From the NCBI GenBank assembly GCA_039630055.1, contig JBCNVN010000002.1, positions 64,001-128,000 on the forward strand: a stretch of DNA of 64,000 bases. The letters run 5' to 3'. The DNA is from Candidatus Caldarchaeales archaeon (GTDB lineage: Archaea; Thermoproteota; Nitrososphaeria_A; Caldarchaeales; Wolframiiraptoraceae). How positions within the stretch are numbered: position 1 is the stretch's first letter; each line of letters opens with the position of its first letter. This document shows positions 48,898 to 58,349 of the stretch, in pieces. Made by a program: the position numbers and the translations under genes. The notes below the pieces were generated by a model, which ran no database searches, was not told where the DNA came from, and saw nothing but the letters and a program-made list of their open reading frames with translations.

Positions 48898-49355
48898 TGG
48901 GAAAAGATGACAGAAGCTTGAGATTCTTAGTAGATGCTATGCTTGGAAATCTTGTCTCATGGCTTAGAATACTTGGATATGATACATTATACTGGGATGG
49001 GGATGATGATAAATTAGTAGAGAGAGCAATTAGAGAGAATAGAATTATTTTAACAAAAGATAGAGAACTTTATACGTATGCAAAGAGAACGGGACTTGAA
49101 GCTTTCCTAGTAAATGAGAATGATGTAAAAGACATACTTTCAGAGATTAGTAAAAACTATAGAGTATGTTTAGATTTTGATCCTAAACAGACCAGGTGCC
49201 CAATATGCAATGGTGAACTTAAGATGAACGAGATTGGCTCGGGGAAACAGTGGACCTGTATAGTTTGCGGTAAACATTATTGGATAGGTAGCCATTTTAG
49301 AAATATTTCTAAGACACTTGAAGAAGCTAAAAAGAGAACTCAATCTATTCGATGA
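48894..49355 (+). CDS. Mut7-C family PIN-fold RNase
   Basis: FLVDAMLG.L..WLR.LGYD, LTKD, RCP.CNG, C..CG..YW.GSH. Confidence 0.92.
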   Translation: MMGKDDRSLRFLVDAMLGNLVSWLRILGYDTLYWDGDDDKLVERAIRENRIILTKDRELYTYAKRTGLEAFLVNENDVKDILSEISKNYRVCLDFDPKQTRCPICNGELKMNEIGSGKQWTCIVCGKHYWIGSHFRNISKTLEEAKKRTQSIR

Positions 49356-49664
49356 AAATCAATCAACATACCCTATTCTTAAAAGATTCAGCGTCCCGCA
49401 AACCATCATATTCCAAACCTTGATAGAAACATTATTTATTTCACTATATCTACTATTGAAGATTGTTTAAAGATTTCTTTTTAAAGTTCACTGAAAAACT
49501 AGATCCCCTATATACAATTTGTTTAGAATAATAATACTTAGACCACGAATACGTGGTAGTATCTAGTGTAATCAGAGACCTAGAGATTACAAAGTTAAGC
49601 TTATAAATATCTCTCAACAAAGTCTAGTTGTTGAAATATATTAAGAGAATTATTGAAGAGGCGG

Positions 49665-50294
49665 ATGATCTTGGAAGAACGTCTTAGCTTGGAAGAAGGA
49701 AGGTATCTAGTAAAGCTTGCACGGCAAACTATCTACAACTATCTTAGAGGTGTCAAGAGCAGGGTTGAGCCTCCACAAAGTGAGAAGTTGAAAGAGAATC
49801 GTGGAGTCTTCGTTACATTATATCTTCATCCATTAAAAGAGCTGAGAGGATGTATAGGTTTCCCACTCCCATCTATGCCCTTGTATGAGGCGACTATTCA
49901 AGCAGCCATATCTTCAGCTGTGCATGATCCTAGATTCAAACCTCTAGAAATAGATGAACTAGACAACATAGTTATTGAGGTGAGTGTATTGACGCCGGCT
50001 GAAGAGATAGTATATAGAGATGGACGTGAACTTTTAGACAAGATAGTTATTGGAAGAGATGGATTGATTATAAGATCTGGTCCATTCTCTGGATTATTAT
50101 TACCACAAGTGCCAGTCGAATACGGTTGGACAGTTGAAGAATATCTTATGCATCTATGCTTAAAGGCTGGATTAGAGTCTACCTACTGGCTAACGGGAAA
50201 ACCTAAGATCTATAAATTTACAGCTCAGATATTCTCGGAAAGTGAGCCGAATGGGGAAGTTGTTGTAGAAAAAATTTTAACGAGAAAATCTTAA
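49665..50294 (+). CDS. AMMECR1 domain protein
   Basis: GVFVT, LRGCIG, DPRF, EVSVLT, GLLLPQV, LC.KAG. Confidence 0.95.
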   Translation: MILEERLSLEEGRYLVKLARQTIYNYLRGVKSRVEPPQSEKLKENRGVFVTLYLHPLKELRGCIGFPLPSMPLYEATIQAAISSAVHDPRFKPLEIDELDNIVIEVSVLTPAEEIVYRDGRELLDKIVIGRDGLIIRSGPFSGLLLPQVPVEYGWTVEEYLMHLCLKAGLESTYWLTGKPKIYKFTAQIFSESEPNGEVVVEKILTRKS

Positions 50295-50321
50295 AAGAAT
50301 CATGAATAGTAAAATGATAAG

Positions 50322-51491
50322 ATGTATAGAATTCATCTTGGAGTATGCGGTATAGGTCTAGGACACTCAGCCCGCTCAGCCATTTTAGCTAAAGCGATAA
50401 AGGAGCAAGGATGGAGTCTAAGCATCTCTTCTTATGGTGAAGGTTTAGAATATCTGGAGAGACTTGGTCTAGATGTTTACAAGGTTCCAGCACTATCTTA
50501 CGGGTTGCTAGTTGAAGGAAAGGTTAGTATAAAGATGACTATATTCAAAAATATTCTGTTGCCTATAAGAGTTGCGGAGCAGGTCTCCCATGAGATTGCA
50601 TTAATAGATAGAGTAACAGACCTAGTTCTATCAGATACTCGAGCTTCAACCATCATAGCAGCCAAATTATTAGCTAAGCCTGTTATAACGATTCTAAACC
50701 AGTTTAATATTAAGATACTATACCCTAAGTATAGATGGATAATTCAAAGTCTTGAGGGGGCAGCGTATCTGGTCAGCTGGATATGGCTTAGAAGTGATAA
50801 GATACTAGTTGCAGACTATCCTCCACCTCTAACAATCTCGAAGAAGAACCTCATCTTCCCTGAAGACTTAGATTATGATAAGATTAGATATATCGGACCA
50901 ATAATGAATGATTCTATATTCGATTATACCGATGTTAGATTATTAAAAAGAAAGTATGGGGTAGGCTTTGATGGTAAACCGGTAGTTTTGTTTAAAGCTA
51001 CTGGACCCCTCTTTGAGAGGAGAATCCTCGTAAATAAGATTCTTCCAATCTTGAAGAGATTATCTAGAGAATTTGAAGTGGTGGTTACCTTGGGAGGGCT
51101 TAGCTCTCCTTCCAATGGCACAGATCTGAACATGAAGATCTATGAATGGGTTGAAGAACCGCTGGAACTTGCAAAGATAGCTGATGTAGTTATTACGAGG
51201 GCGGGTCAAACAACTTTGGCGAGTATTTTAGCTCTAGGTAAGCCGGTGCTTATGATTCCCATACCTGGACATGCTGAGCAGATATCGAACGCCGAGACTG
51301 TAGAAGAGATCGGTGCTGGAGTAATGTTAGATGAAGAAAGATTAAGCGAAGAAGCCTTGAGGAGGTATATCAACGATCTCTTAGACTTGAGACATTATTC
51401 TGAGAAGGCATCTCTCTACGCCTCTACATATAAAACATTAAATCCAGTTAAATCAGTCATAGAAGAAGTTAAGACAATTTTAGATAAATAA
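50322..51491 (+). CDS. GT-B glycosyltransferase (GT28/MurG-like)
   Basis: G.G.GH..R, ITRAG.TT, P...H.EQ..NA. Confidence 0.88.
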   Translation: MYRIHLGVCGIGLGHSARSAILAKAIKEQGWSLSISSYGEGLEYLERLGLDVYKVPALSYGLLVEGKVSIKMTIFKNILLPIRVAEQVSHEIALIDRVTDLVLSDTRASTIIAAKLLAKPVITILNQFNIKILYPKYRWIIQSLEGAAYLVSWIWLRSDKILVADYPPPLTISKKNLIFPEDLDYDKIRYIGPIMNDSIFDYTDVRLLKRKYGVGFDGKPVVLFKATGPLFERRILVNKILPILKRLSREFEVVVTLGGLSSPSNGTDLNMKIYEWVEEPLELAKIADVVITRAGQTTLASILALGKPVLMIPIPGHAEQISNAETVEEIGAGVMLDEERLSEEALRRYINDLLDLRHYSEKASLYASTYKTLNPVKSVIEEVKTILDK

Positions 51492-51545
51492 ACTTAATGG
51501 GAAAAGTTTATCTCTTAATCCTCTACAATCTATTATGGCGAATAA

Positions 51546-52037
51546 ATGAGTAGTCGGCCTAAAATAGATTTTTCTGTTACACCCAGCAAACTGATTGGGT
51601 TGCTCGATCTAATAAATAGTATGAATGGGAGGGTAGATATAGCTAGAATATCTATTATGTTGCAGACAGATGTAGATGTACTCCTACCAGTTATTGATCT
51701 GGGTGAGACCATAGGATTCTTAAAGGTTGTTGATGGAGATGCTGAATTAACAGAGGCTGGGAGAAGGTTTGTTAATGCATCATCATCGAAGAGAAAGCTG
51801 ATGCTTAGAGAAGCGATCAAGAATATCGAACCATTCTCTACAGCTTTAAAATTAGCACAGAGAGATAATGAATTCTCGAAGGAAGAGTTATTCAATGAGC
51901 TTGATAAGATGAGATTCTTTGAAGAAGAATTTCCAGACATAGAACAGTTCCACTCATTTATCCTTGAATGGCTACTTTATACCGAGGCAATTCACTACAG
52001 TGGAGAAGATAAAAGATTCTTTAAAAAGAGGCATTAA
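51546..52037 (+). CDS. Stand-alone 'AAA-associated' winged-helix domain protein (as at the C-terminus of NitT/TauT ATPases)
   Basis: GLL.L....GR.D...., D.LLP......GF.....GD..LT..G. Confidence 0.75.
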   Translation: MSSRPKIDFSVTPSKLIGLLDLINSMNGRVDIARISIMLQTDVDVLLPVIDLGETIGFLKVVDGDAELTEAGRRFVNASSSKRKLMLREAIKNIEPFSTALKLAQRDNEFSKEELFNELDKMRFFEEEFPDIEQFHSFILEWLLYTEAIHYSGEDKRFFKKRH

Positions 52038-52223
52038 CACCGTTATAATATAAGAATGAAAGAAATATGGGAAACCCGTAAAAAATAATGATGCCAATCT
52101 AGTAAATGCTTTAGAACACCAAAGTTTATGGATCGTTAAATAAAAGATGGAAATGATTAGAGAGAATTTTTAGAAAGAAAATCTTAAATCGGTCGTCGGC
52201 ATTGTTTTACTGAGGTGTTTTTT

Positions 52224-54056
52224 ATGGTTAAAGCAAATGGTTATGCCAACTGTATAGCATGGGTCGATCTAACTGAAAAAAAGATCAGCTATCAGGAAGT
52301 TGATGAGGAAGAGGCTAGAAAGTTTATCGGCGGTAGAGGTCTTGGAGGAAGAATAGTCTTAAAATATGCGGTTGGTAAAGACCCCCTCTCACCTGAGAAC
52401 GTTCTCGCGATAATGAATGGACCTCTTACAGGAACAGTTACCCCTATGAATGGACGAATAGTCGCAGTATCTAGATCTCCACTTACAGGGATATTTGGAG
52501 ATAGTCATGCAGGTGGATGGGCTGGAGCAGCATTAAAATGGGCTGGATTCGATGGAGTGGTCTTGACCGGTGCAAGTGATAAACCAGTCTATCTTGTGGT
52601 AAAGAATAAGACTGTATCCATTGAGAATGCAAATGCTTTGTGGGGTAAGACAACCGAGGAGACCTATCTAATGCTGAAAGAAAAACATGGCAGAGATATC
52701 CAATTCTATGGAATAGGTCCTGCAGGAGAGAACCTGGTTAGATTCGCAAATATAATGCATTTTGGAGAGAGAGCTATGGGTAGAGCATCGGGCAGATGTG
52801 GTATGGGAGCCGTGATGGGGTCTAAGAAGGTTAAAGGGCTGGTAATAATAGGTGAAGAGAAAGATATGCCTAAACCGGCTAAACCAGAAGAATTCGAGAA
52901 AGCTAGAGAACAGGCTTTGAAGAAGATTATTGAGAGCCCTGTTACCGGACCTAAGAAGGGTGGATTATCTGTTTACGGAACCTCTGTACTCGTAAATCTT
53001 GTAAACGAGATAGGTGCATGGCCCACGAAAAATGCTAAGGATACAATGTTCGAGTATGCATACTATATCTCAGGAGAGAATCTAAGGGGGACGATACTAA
53101 AAGATACACCTACATGCCATGCATGTCCAGTAGCATGTAAGAGAGATTCCCAAGTCTTTGATGGAAAATTCAAGCACAAATCTGAAGGTCCAGAGTATGA
53201 ATCTATCTGGGCTCTTGGAGCAATGATAGGTGTAGGACACATAGAAGCAGTATCATATCTAAACTATCTAGCTAACCTATATGGTATAGATACTATAGAA
53301 CTCGGAAATACTTTGGCAGTAGCAGCAGAAGCATCTGAAAGAGGATTGATAAAAGAAACAGTAAAATGGGGTGATATAGATAAATTTATAGAACTTGTTA
53401 GAAGGCTCTCATACAGAGAAGGAGATCTAGGTAATGCATTAGCTGAAGGTGGAGCGAGAGCTGCTCAGATATTTGGAGATCCTAACATCTCGATGTCTGT
53501 TAAAGGTATGAGTATTCCTGCATATGATCCTAGAGGTCTTAAGGGATTCGCCGTTGCATACAGTACCTCACCGCGTGGTGCATGTCATCTAAGAGCATAT
53601 ACGCCTGCTTCAGAGATTCTTGGGATACCATATAAGACAGATCCATTATCGACTGAAGGCAAAGTAGACCTAGTAATGCTTCTAGAAAGATTATTCGCAT
53701 TCACAGACAGTTTAGACATGTGTAAGTTCAGCACATTCGCATTAGGTCCTGAAGACTATGCTGCACTATATTCAACGTTTACTGGATTTGATGTATCAGC
53801 GGACGAGATTCTAAATATTGGTGAGAGGATTCTAACACAAGAGAGATACTTTAACCAACTTCATGGAATGTCCCGTAAAGATGATAGGCTTCCGAAGAGG
53901 TTTATGGAGGTGCCTTCGCCGAGCGGACCGTCTAAAGGTCATATAATAGATGAGGTGACTTTCAATAAGTTAATCGATGATTACTATCGGAAGCATGGAT
54001 GGAACATGGATGGTACGGTACCTCAAGAACGTCTAATACAATTAGGAATAATCTGA
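52224..54056 (+). CDS. aor: Tungsten-type aldehyde:ferredoxin oxidoreductase
   Basis: FIGGRGL, SPLTG, GR.G.GAVMGSK, C..CP..C, EYE, D..GLD-like segment, GACH. Confidence 0.95.
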   Translation: MVKANGYANCIAWVDLTEKKISYQEVDEEEARKFIGGRGLGGRIVLKYAVGKDPLSPENVLAIMNGPLTGTVTPMNGRIVAVSRSPLTGIFGDSHAGGWAGAALKWAGFDGVVLTGASDKPVYLVVKNKTVSIENANALWGKTTEETYLMLKEKHGRDIQFYGIGPAGENLVRFANIMHFGERAMGRASGRCGMGAVMGSKKVKGLVIIGEEKDMPKPAKPEEFEKAREQALKKIIESPVTGPKKGGLSVYGTSVLVNLVNEIGAWPTKNAKDTMFEYAYYISGENLRGTILKDTPTCHACPVACKRDSQVFDGKFKHKSEGPEYESIWALGAMIGVGHIEAVSYLNYLANLYGIDTIELGNTLAVAAEASERGLIKETVKWGDIDKFIELVRRLSYREGDLGNALAEGGARAAQIFGDPNISMSVKGMSIPAYDPRGLKGFAVAYSTSPRGACHLRAYTPASEILGIPYKTDPLSTEGKVDLVMLLERLFAFTDSLDMCKFSTFALGPEDYAALYSTFTGFDVSADEILNIGERILTQERYFNQLHGMSRKDDRLPKRFMEVPSPSGPSKGHIIDEVTFNKLIDDYYRKHGWNMDGTVPQERLIQLGII

Positions 54057-54060
54057 AAAA

Positions 54061-54085
54061 CCCTATTTCCTATTTTTTATCTTTC
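54061..54085 (+). terminator. Pyrimidine/T-rich terminator after aor
   Basis: CCCTATTTCCTATTTTTTATCTTTC between convergent genes. Confidence 0.5.
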
Positions 54086-54101
54086 ATAGATAGCTCAAGT
54101 A

Positions 54102-54848
54102 TCAGCTTCTAGAACATGATGGACAGTTAGGGGACTTTGCTATAGACAATACAGAGAATTCTAGATCCAGTCCGTTGAATATTAGGATTCTTCCTGTAAT
54201 TGTGCTTCCAGCACCCGTCAATATCTTTACCGTCTCAAGTGCTTCGAGAGAACCGATAACTCCTGGTAAGGGTCCTATGATAGGTGTAAATCCACTAGTA
54301 GGTGGAGGCTCAGGTATTAGACATCTCAAACATGGCCCCTTACCAGGTATAATCGTCATCAATCTTCCTTCAAAAGATTGGACAGCTCCATGGATGAAGG
54401 GCTTCTTGAACTCGATACACTTATCATTTATTAAAAGTCTAGTTTCAAAATTGTCAAGTCCATCCACCACCACATCTACATCTTCTATAAGTTCATCAAC
54501 ATTTTCTAGTGTAATTTTCTCAGGTATAGGCTCGACCAATATATCTGAGTTGAATGATCTAATCCTTTCAGCAGCGGCCTCAACCTTTCTTCTCCCTAAA
54601 TCATTCTCAGAGTAAGGTATTTGACGGTTTAGATTGCTGAGCTCTAATACTCCATCATCTACCATACGGATATAGCCAACTCCTACTGCTGCTAGATATG
54701 TGGCGGCCACGCCTCCAAGCCCACCAATGCCTGCAACAAGTACTCTAGAGTTCTTTAGTTTAACCTGTCCCTCAACACCTATCTCGGGAATTCTAATCTG
54801 TCTATCATACCTCTCTAATTCTCTCTTACCTAGATTATATTTGAACAA
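54102..54848 (-). CDS. moeB: MoeB/ThiF/UbaA E1-like adenylyltransferase
   Basis: RYDRQ, GIGGLG, SNLNRQ, DNF.TR, PCLRC, C-terminal CPSC. Confidence 0.9.
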   Translation of the reverse strand: MFKYNLGKRELERYDRQIRIPEIGVEGQVKLKNSRVLVAGIGGLGGVAATYLAAVGVGYIRMVDDGVLELSNLNRQIPYSENDLGRRKVEAAAERIRSFNSDILVEPIPEKITLENVDELIEDVDVVVDGLDNFETRLLINDKCIEFKKPFIHGAVQSFEGRLMTIIPGKGPCLRCLIPEPPPTSGFTPIIGPLPGVIGSLEALETVKILTGAGSTITGRILIFNGLDLEFSVLSIAKSPNCPSCSRS

Positions 54849-54984
54849 ACCGTTATAGATTACAATATTACCACAATTTAAAACATTCTTAAATCCAGTC
54901 TAAGAATAAAGCCTCAAAAATTTACGGAGCGGATACTACAAATCAGATTCATATTATCATATCTAATATTTATTTGGTGATTTT

Positions 54985-55586
54985 ATGATATTAAAGTCGC
55001 CACCACAGATCTTGTTTTATATCTATATCTCATTGGTAGCATTTACTTCATACTGGTCTATCAGACTGATCTTTGGAGGAGTGCCGGTTAGTAATGTTTG
55101 GGTTGGATTCTTATTCTGCATCCCATGGATCATATTTTCATTCATGGAGAAGAGAAAGTATACTATCCACTATCTATTTGCGATAGTCTACTCAACATTC
55201 TTGTTACTACAGTCTTTAGTGGGATTAGAAGAAGACGTATTTCTAAGATCATGGGGAGAGCCACCTATAGAGATATTGGGTGATAATCTAGATGGGATAA
55301 TTTATATAGGTCTGCTCTCGATATCTGGATACCTCAGTTATAGACGAGTTTTGATCGCTCCACCCAATATAAGCTTATTCACTAAGATGGTTGTAGCTAT
55401 TCTATATGTATTTATCGGAGTTCTATATTCAATAGCGATAGAGCTTGCTTGCATTGTTGTATATATGAAATGCGTGACATATCATCACTTGCGATCCTAT
55501 TCCTATCAATCGGAATCTATAATACATATTCAGCGATTCTAGGTTATTCAGATAGGAAACGGATTATGAAGGGCGAACATCTATAG
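54985..55586 (+). pseudogene. Membrane protein paralogous to 42454-43023, probably frameshifted near 55450
   Basis: Shares W....ME and Y.GLL.I..Y..YR.......N....TK..VAI; the final hydrophobic helix continues in the -1 frame to TAG at 55584-55586. Confidence 0.6.
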
Positions 55587-55711
55587 ACACTTACAATCCT
55601 GACCGATCCTCCTAGAACCATAACATTATCTAAACTCTCCAATATCTTCCTACAGATTCCCAGATATCTTAGGTTGAAAAATTTTCATGTTAAAATATCT
55701 TAGATATATGG

Positions 55712-56002
55712 TTATCCGCCAGCTACTGGAGGTATTAGAGCTATCTCATCCCCATCCTTGATAGGTGTAGATAGTCCATCGAGAAAGTCTATATCTCTGC
55801 CATTCACAAATATTTTAACAGTTTTTTTAAGTAGGCCATTATCATCTAAGACTTCACTGGTAAATCTTTCACCAAAAAGTTGGGAAAGCGTCTTCAGTAA
55901 AGACTGGATATTCGAATCTACTGGTAATTCGATTGAGATTCTTCCAGTCTCTCCCAGTGCTTCCCTAATAGTTGCAAAAGCTTTTATGACCACCTTTACC
56001 AT
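55712..56002 (-). CDS. moaD: Ubiquitin-like sulfur carrier MoaD/SAMP
   Basis: FAT.RE..G, VNGR, GDE.A..PPVAGG. Confidence 0.93.
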   Translation of the reverse strand: MVKVVIKAFATIREALGETGRISIELPVDSNIQSLLKTLSQLFGERFTSEVLDDNGLLKKTVKIFVNGRDIDFLDGLSTPIKDGDEIALIPPVAGG

Positions 56003-56012
56003 TTATCGTCCC

Positions 56013-56387
56013 CTACTCAGAACATACTGTACACTCATCAACATTTATAAGAGGCTCAACATTCTTATGTAGCTCGCATAAGATGCCCTTTCTCCTCAAA
56101 TCTATCAACATAAGATTAATCTTCCTAGTTATCTCTTTTGAATCAACATTATTTATAATCATATTAACAATCTCATCCACGTATTTTAGTACGGTAGGAT
56201 TGTCTTCCCACTCTACCTTGAAACCTCTAACACCTCTAAGATAGTTACTGATAGCTGCCTGAGTTACGCCGACAGCTTCCGCAGCCTTCTCCTGCGTATA
56301 ACCTTTCTCAAGTATCAGCTTTTTAGCTATGAATGATCTTATAGCTGGGAGAGCATACTTAGCCTCTATCTCAGAAGGAAGCTGCAT
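56013..56387 (-). CDS. HTH transcriptional regulator with C-terminal Cys/His metal site (COG2522-like)
   Basis: LPAIRS..A, TQ..AA...GVTQAAISNYL.G.RG, CELH...CTVC. Confidence 0.88.
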   Translation of the reverse strand: MQLPSEIEAKYALPAIRSFIAKKLILEKGYTQEKAAEAVGVTQAAISNYLRGVRGFKVEWEDNPTVLKYVDEIVNMIINNVDSKEITRKINLMLIDLRRKGILCELHKNVEPLINVDECTVCSE

Positions 56388-56458
56388 ACCGATAACACTA
56401 TATGATGAGTCTTATATAAAATATTCGCTTCCAGTTAAACTTTTGTATTTAACAAGCG

Positions 56459-57253
56459 TTAAACTTTAACTATTTCTAGATTTAATCTTTCAAGCTCCTC
56501 AAGCAAGCTCTTCCTATTCTCAGAAGAGATACCCTTCCAATCGATCAATGCTATCCTAGGCTTCTCGACAGTCTTCTCTACAGCTTGCTTTATCATCTCT
56601 ATATCTATTGGTAGAGCATACTTTGGACACATGTGTCCCACGATATACATATCGCTAGATACAAGCTTTGTGAATGTAGGTGCATAGTGTCCTCCCCCGA
56701 ACCCAATAGCGGCCTTATCACCATTGAAGTCTACTTCAGCTGCAGCTCTAGATGCAGAGGCCACAACCTCTAACTCTCTTCTACCTATTTCCTGATCTCC
56801 TCCACCAGCTTCTATGAATATTGATGGAACATCTGTGAATGGACCATGATGAGTAACTTCAAGTCTTACATCCCATCCAGAGATACCTAAAGTATCTACT
56901 TCATCGATTAAGGTCTGTAGAGATTTCTTTAACATTTTAGCACTCGTCATAGAGAGAGTTCTAGGTCTTCCACCGTATAGTGCTTCTCCACTCCAGTTCC
57001 CCACCGGATGGGTCAAGAAGGCTCTAATACCCCTCTCAGATTTGTGAGAGGATGGGAAGATTAGTAAATCTGCTTTGAGCCTCTCGCCAATCATCTCAGC
57101 ATAGATGTGTTTCTCATCTATGAAGACTATCTCTACCCCATTTCTAATATAAGTCGATCGGCCATTATCTTTGAATCCAAATGATTCTATCAAGATTTCT
57201 GCAACCTTGAGAGATATAGGGTCAGCTCTAGAGATAGCTATGACCCTCCTCAT
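56459..57253 (-). CDS. dtdA: D-aminoacyl-tRNA deacylase (DTD2)
   Basis: S.H.S, LTH..GN, E.THHGP, FIE.G, GGGHYAP, IDWKG. Confidence 0.93.
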   Translation of the reverse strand: MRRVIAISRADPISLKVAEILIESFGFKDNGRSTYIRNGVEIVFIDEKHIYAEMIGERLKADLLIFPSSHKSERGIRAFLTHPVGNWSGEALYGGRPRTLSMTSAKMLKKSLQTLIDEVDTLGISGWDVRLEVTHHGPFTDVPSIFIEAGGGDQEIGRRELEVVASASRAAAEVDFNGDKAAIGFGGGHYAPTFTKLVSSDMYIVGHMCPKYALPIDIEMIKQAVEKTVEKPRIALIDWKGISSENRKSLLEELERLNLEIVKV

Positions 57254-57300
57254 TAAGATTAAGATTATCTCTCTAGATAATAAATGATTTTTTATGAAAC

Positions 57301-58236
57301 ATGGATAGGTTTAAGCCATACCGATATGAGAAATCTGATGAAGCCATAGTCTTGGTAGAGATGCATCCGGGTAAGCTGTTCATGTACAAGTGGGTTGATA
57401 AACCATTGATCTGTCAGCAAGTTATCTTGAAGATTCTCAGAGCCATCGACAATAATGCAAGTGATGTTAAAGTCTCTCTCGACCTAGGATTAACACAAGA
57501 AAATTGCAAAATAGTTGAAGATCGAGTTATCATTAGAGATTCTTGTATAGAGTTGGAGAAGTTGGAAGAGCTGACGGGTAGAAGTCGAGACATATACCTA
57601 GTCGATAAAGACGAGCTTATTCCAGTCAGTATAGCTGGAGATCACTTCTATAAGCTAGTACTAGTTAAGTGGGGTCATCCACCAACTTTAGAGATAGATG
57701 GAATCCACATGCATAGGGTGAAGGATATCACTCCGGATATAGATACGAGGATGAAACTATCATTGATTGGAGACTTTAAATGCTGTAAGGTATTAGATAC
57801 ATGTACAGGGTTAGGCTATACTGCTATAGAATCTGTTAGGAGAGGAGCCTGCCAAGTGATCACATTCGAGATAGATGAGAACGTCCTCAAGATAGCTCAT
57901 CTAAACCCTTGGTCTAAATGGTTAGAAGATAGTAGAATAAAGATCTTTAATGAAGATGTCTCTAAGGGTGTTGAGAGATATAGAGAATACTTCGATATAG
58001 TCATACATGATCCTCCAAGAATGTCTCTAGCTGGAGAATTGTATAGTCTAAGATTTTATCAGGAGTTATTTAGAGTCTTAAAAAGAGGTGGTAGATTAAT
58101 CCACTATGTAGGGCAGCCTGGGATCCATAGTGGAAAGAAGATTTTGAAAGGAGTGATGGAGCGGATGAGGATGGCTGGATTCGATGTAAAATATGACCAG
58201 AATTCTAGATGTGTCTTTGCACTGAGAAAAGGATGA
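57301..58236 (+). CDS. SAM-dependent methyltransferase (COG2521-like)
   Basis: PTLEIDGIHMHR, VLDTCTGLGYTAI, NPWS, HDPPR...AGELYS; true start may be further downstream. Confidence 0.88.
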   Translation: MDRFKPYRYEKSDEAIVLVEMHPGKLFMYKWVDKPLICQQVILKILRAIDNNASDVKVSLDLGLTQENCKIVEDRVIIRDSCIELEKLEELTGRSRDIYLVDKDELIPVSIAGDHFYKLVLVKWGHPPTLEIDGIHMHRVKDITPDIDTRMKLSLIGDFKCCKVLDTCTGLGYTAIESVRRGACQVITFEIDENVLKIAHLNPWSKWLEDSRIKIFNEDVSKGVERYREYFDIVIHDPPRMSLAGELYSLRFYQELFRVLKRGGRLIHYVGQPGIHSGKKILKGVMERMRMAGFDVKYDQNSRCVFALRKG

Positions 58237-58349
58237 GTTTATCATGAGAATATTAAATAAGGATAAGTCTATGATTGCTCTGAATATCGTCTATGCTTGA
58301 AGGTTCAATAGAGATAAGAAGAAGTTAAATCCTATTCTATCTGGTTTGG

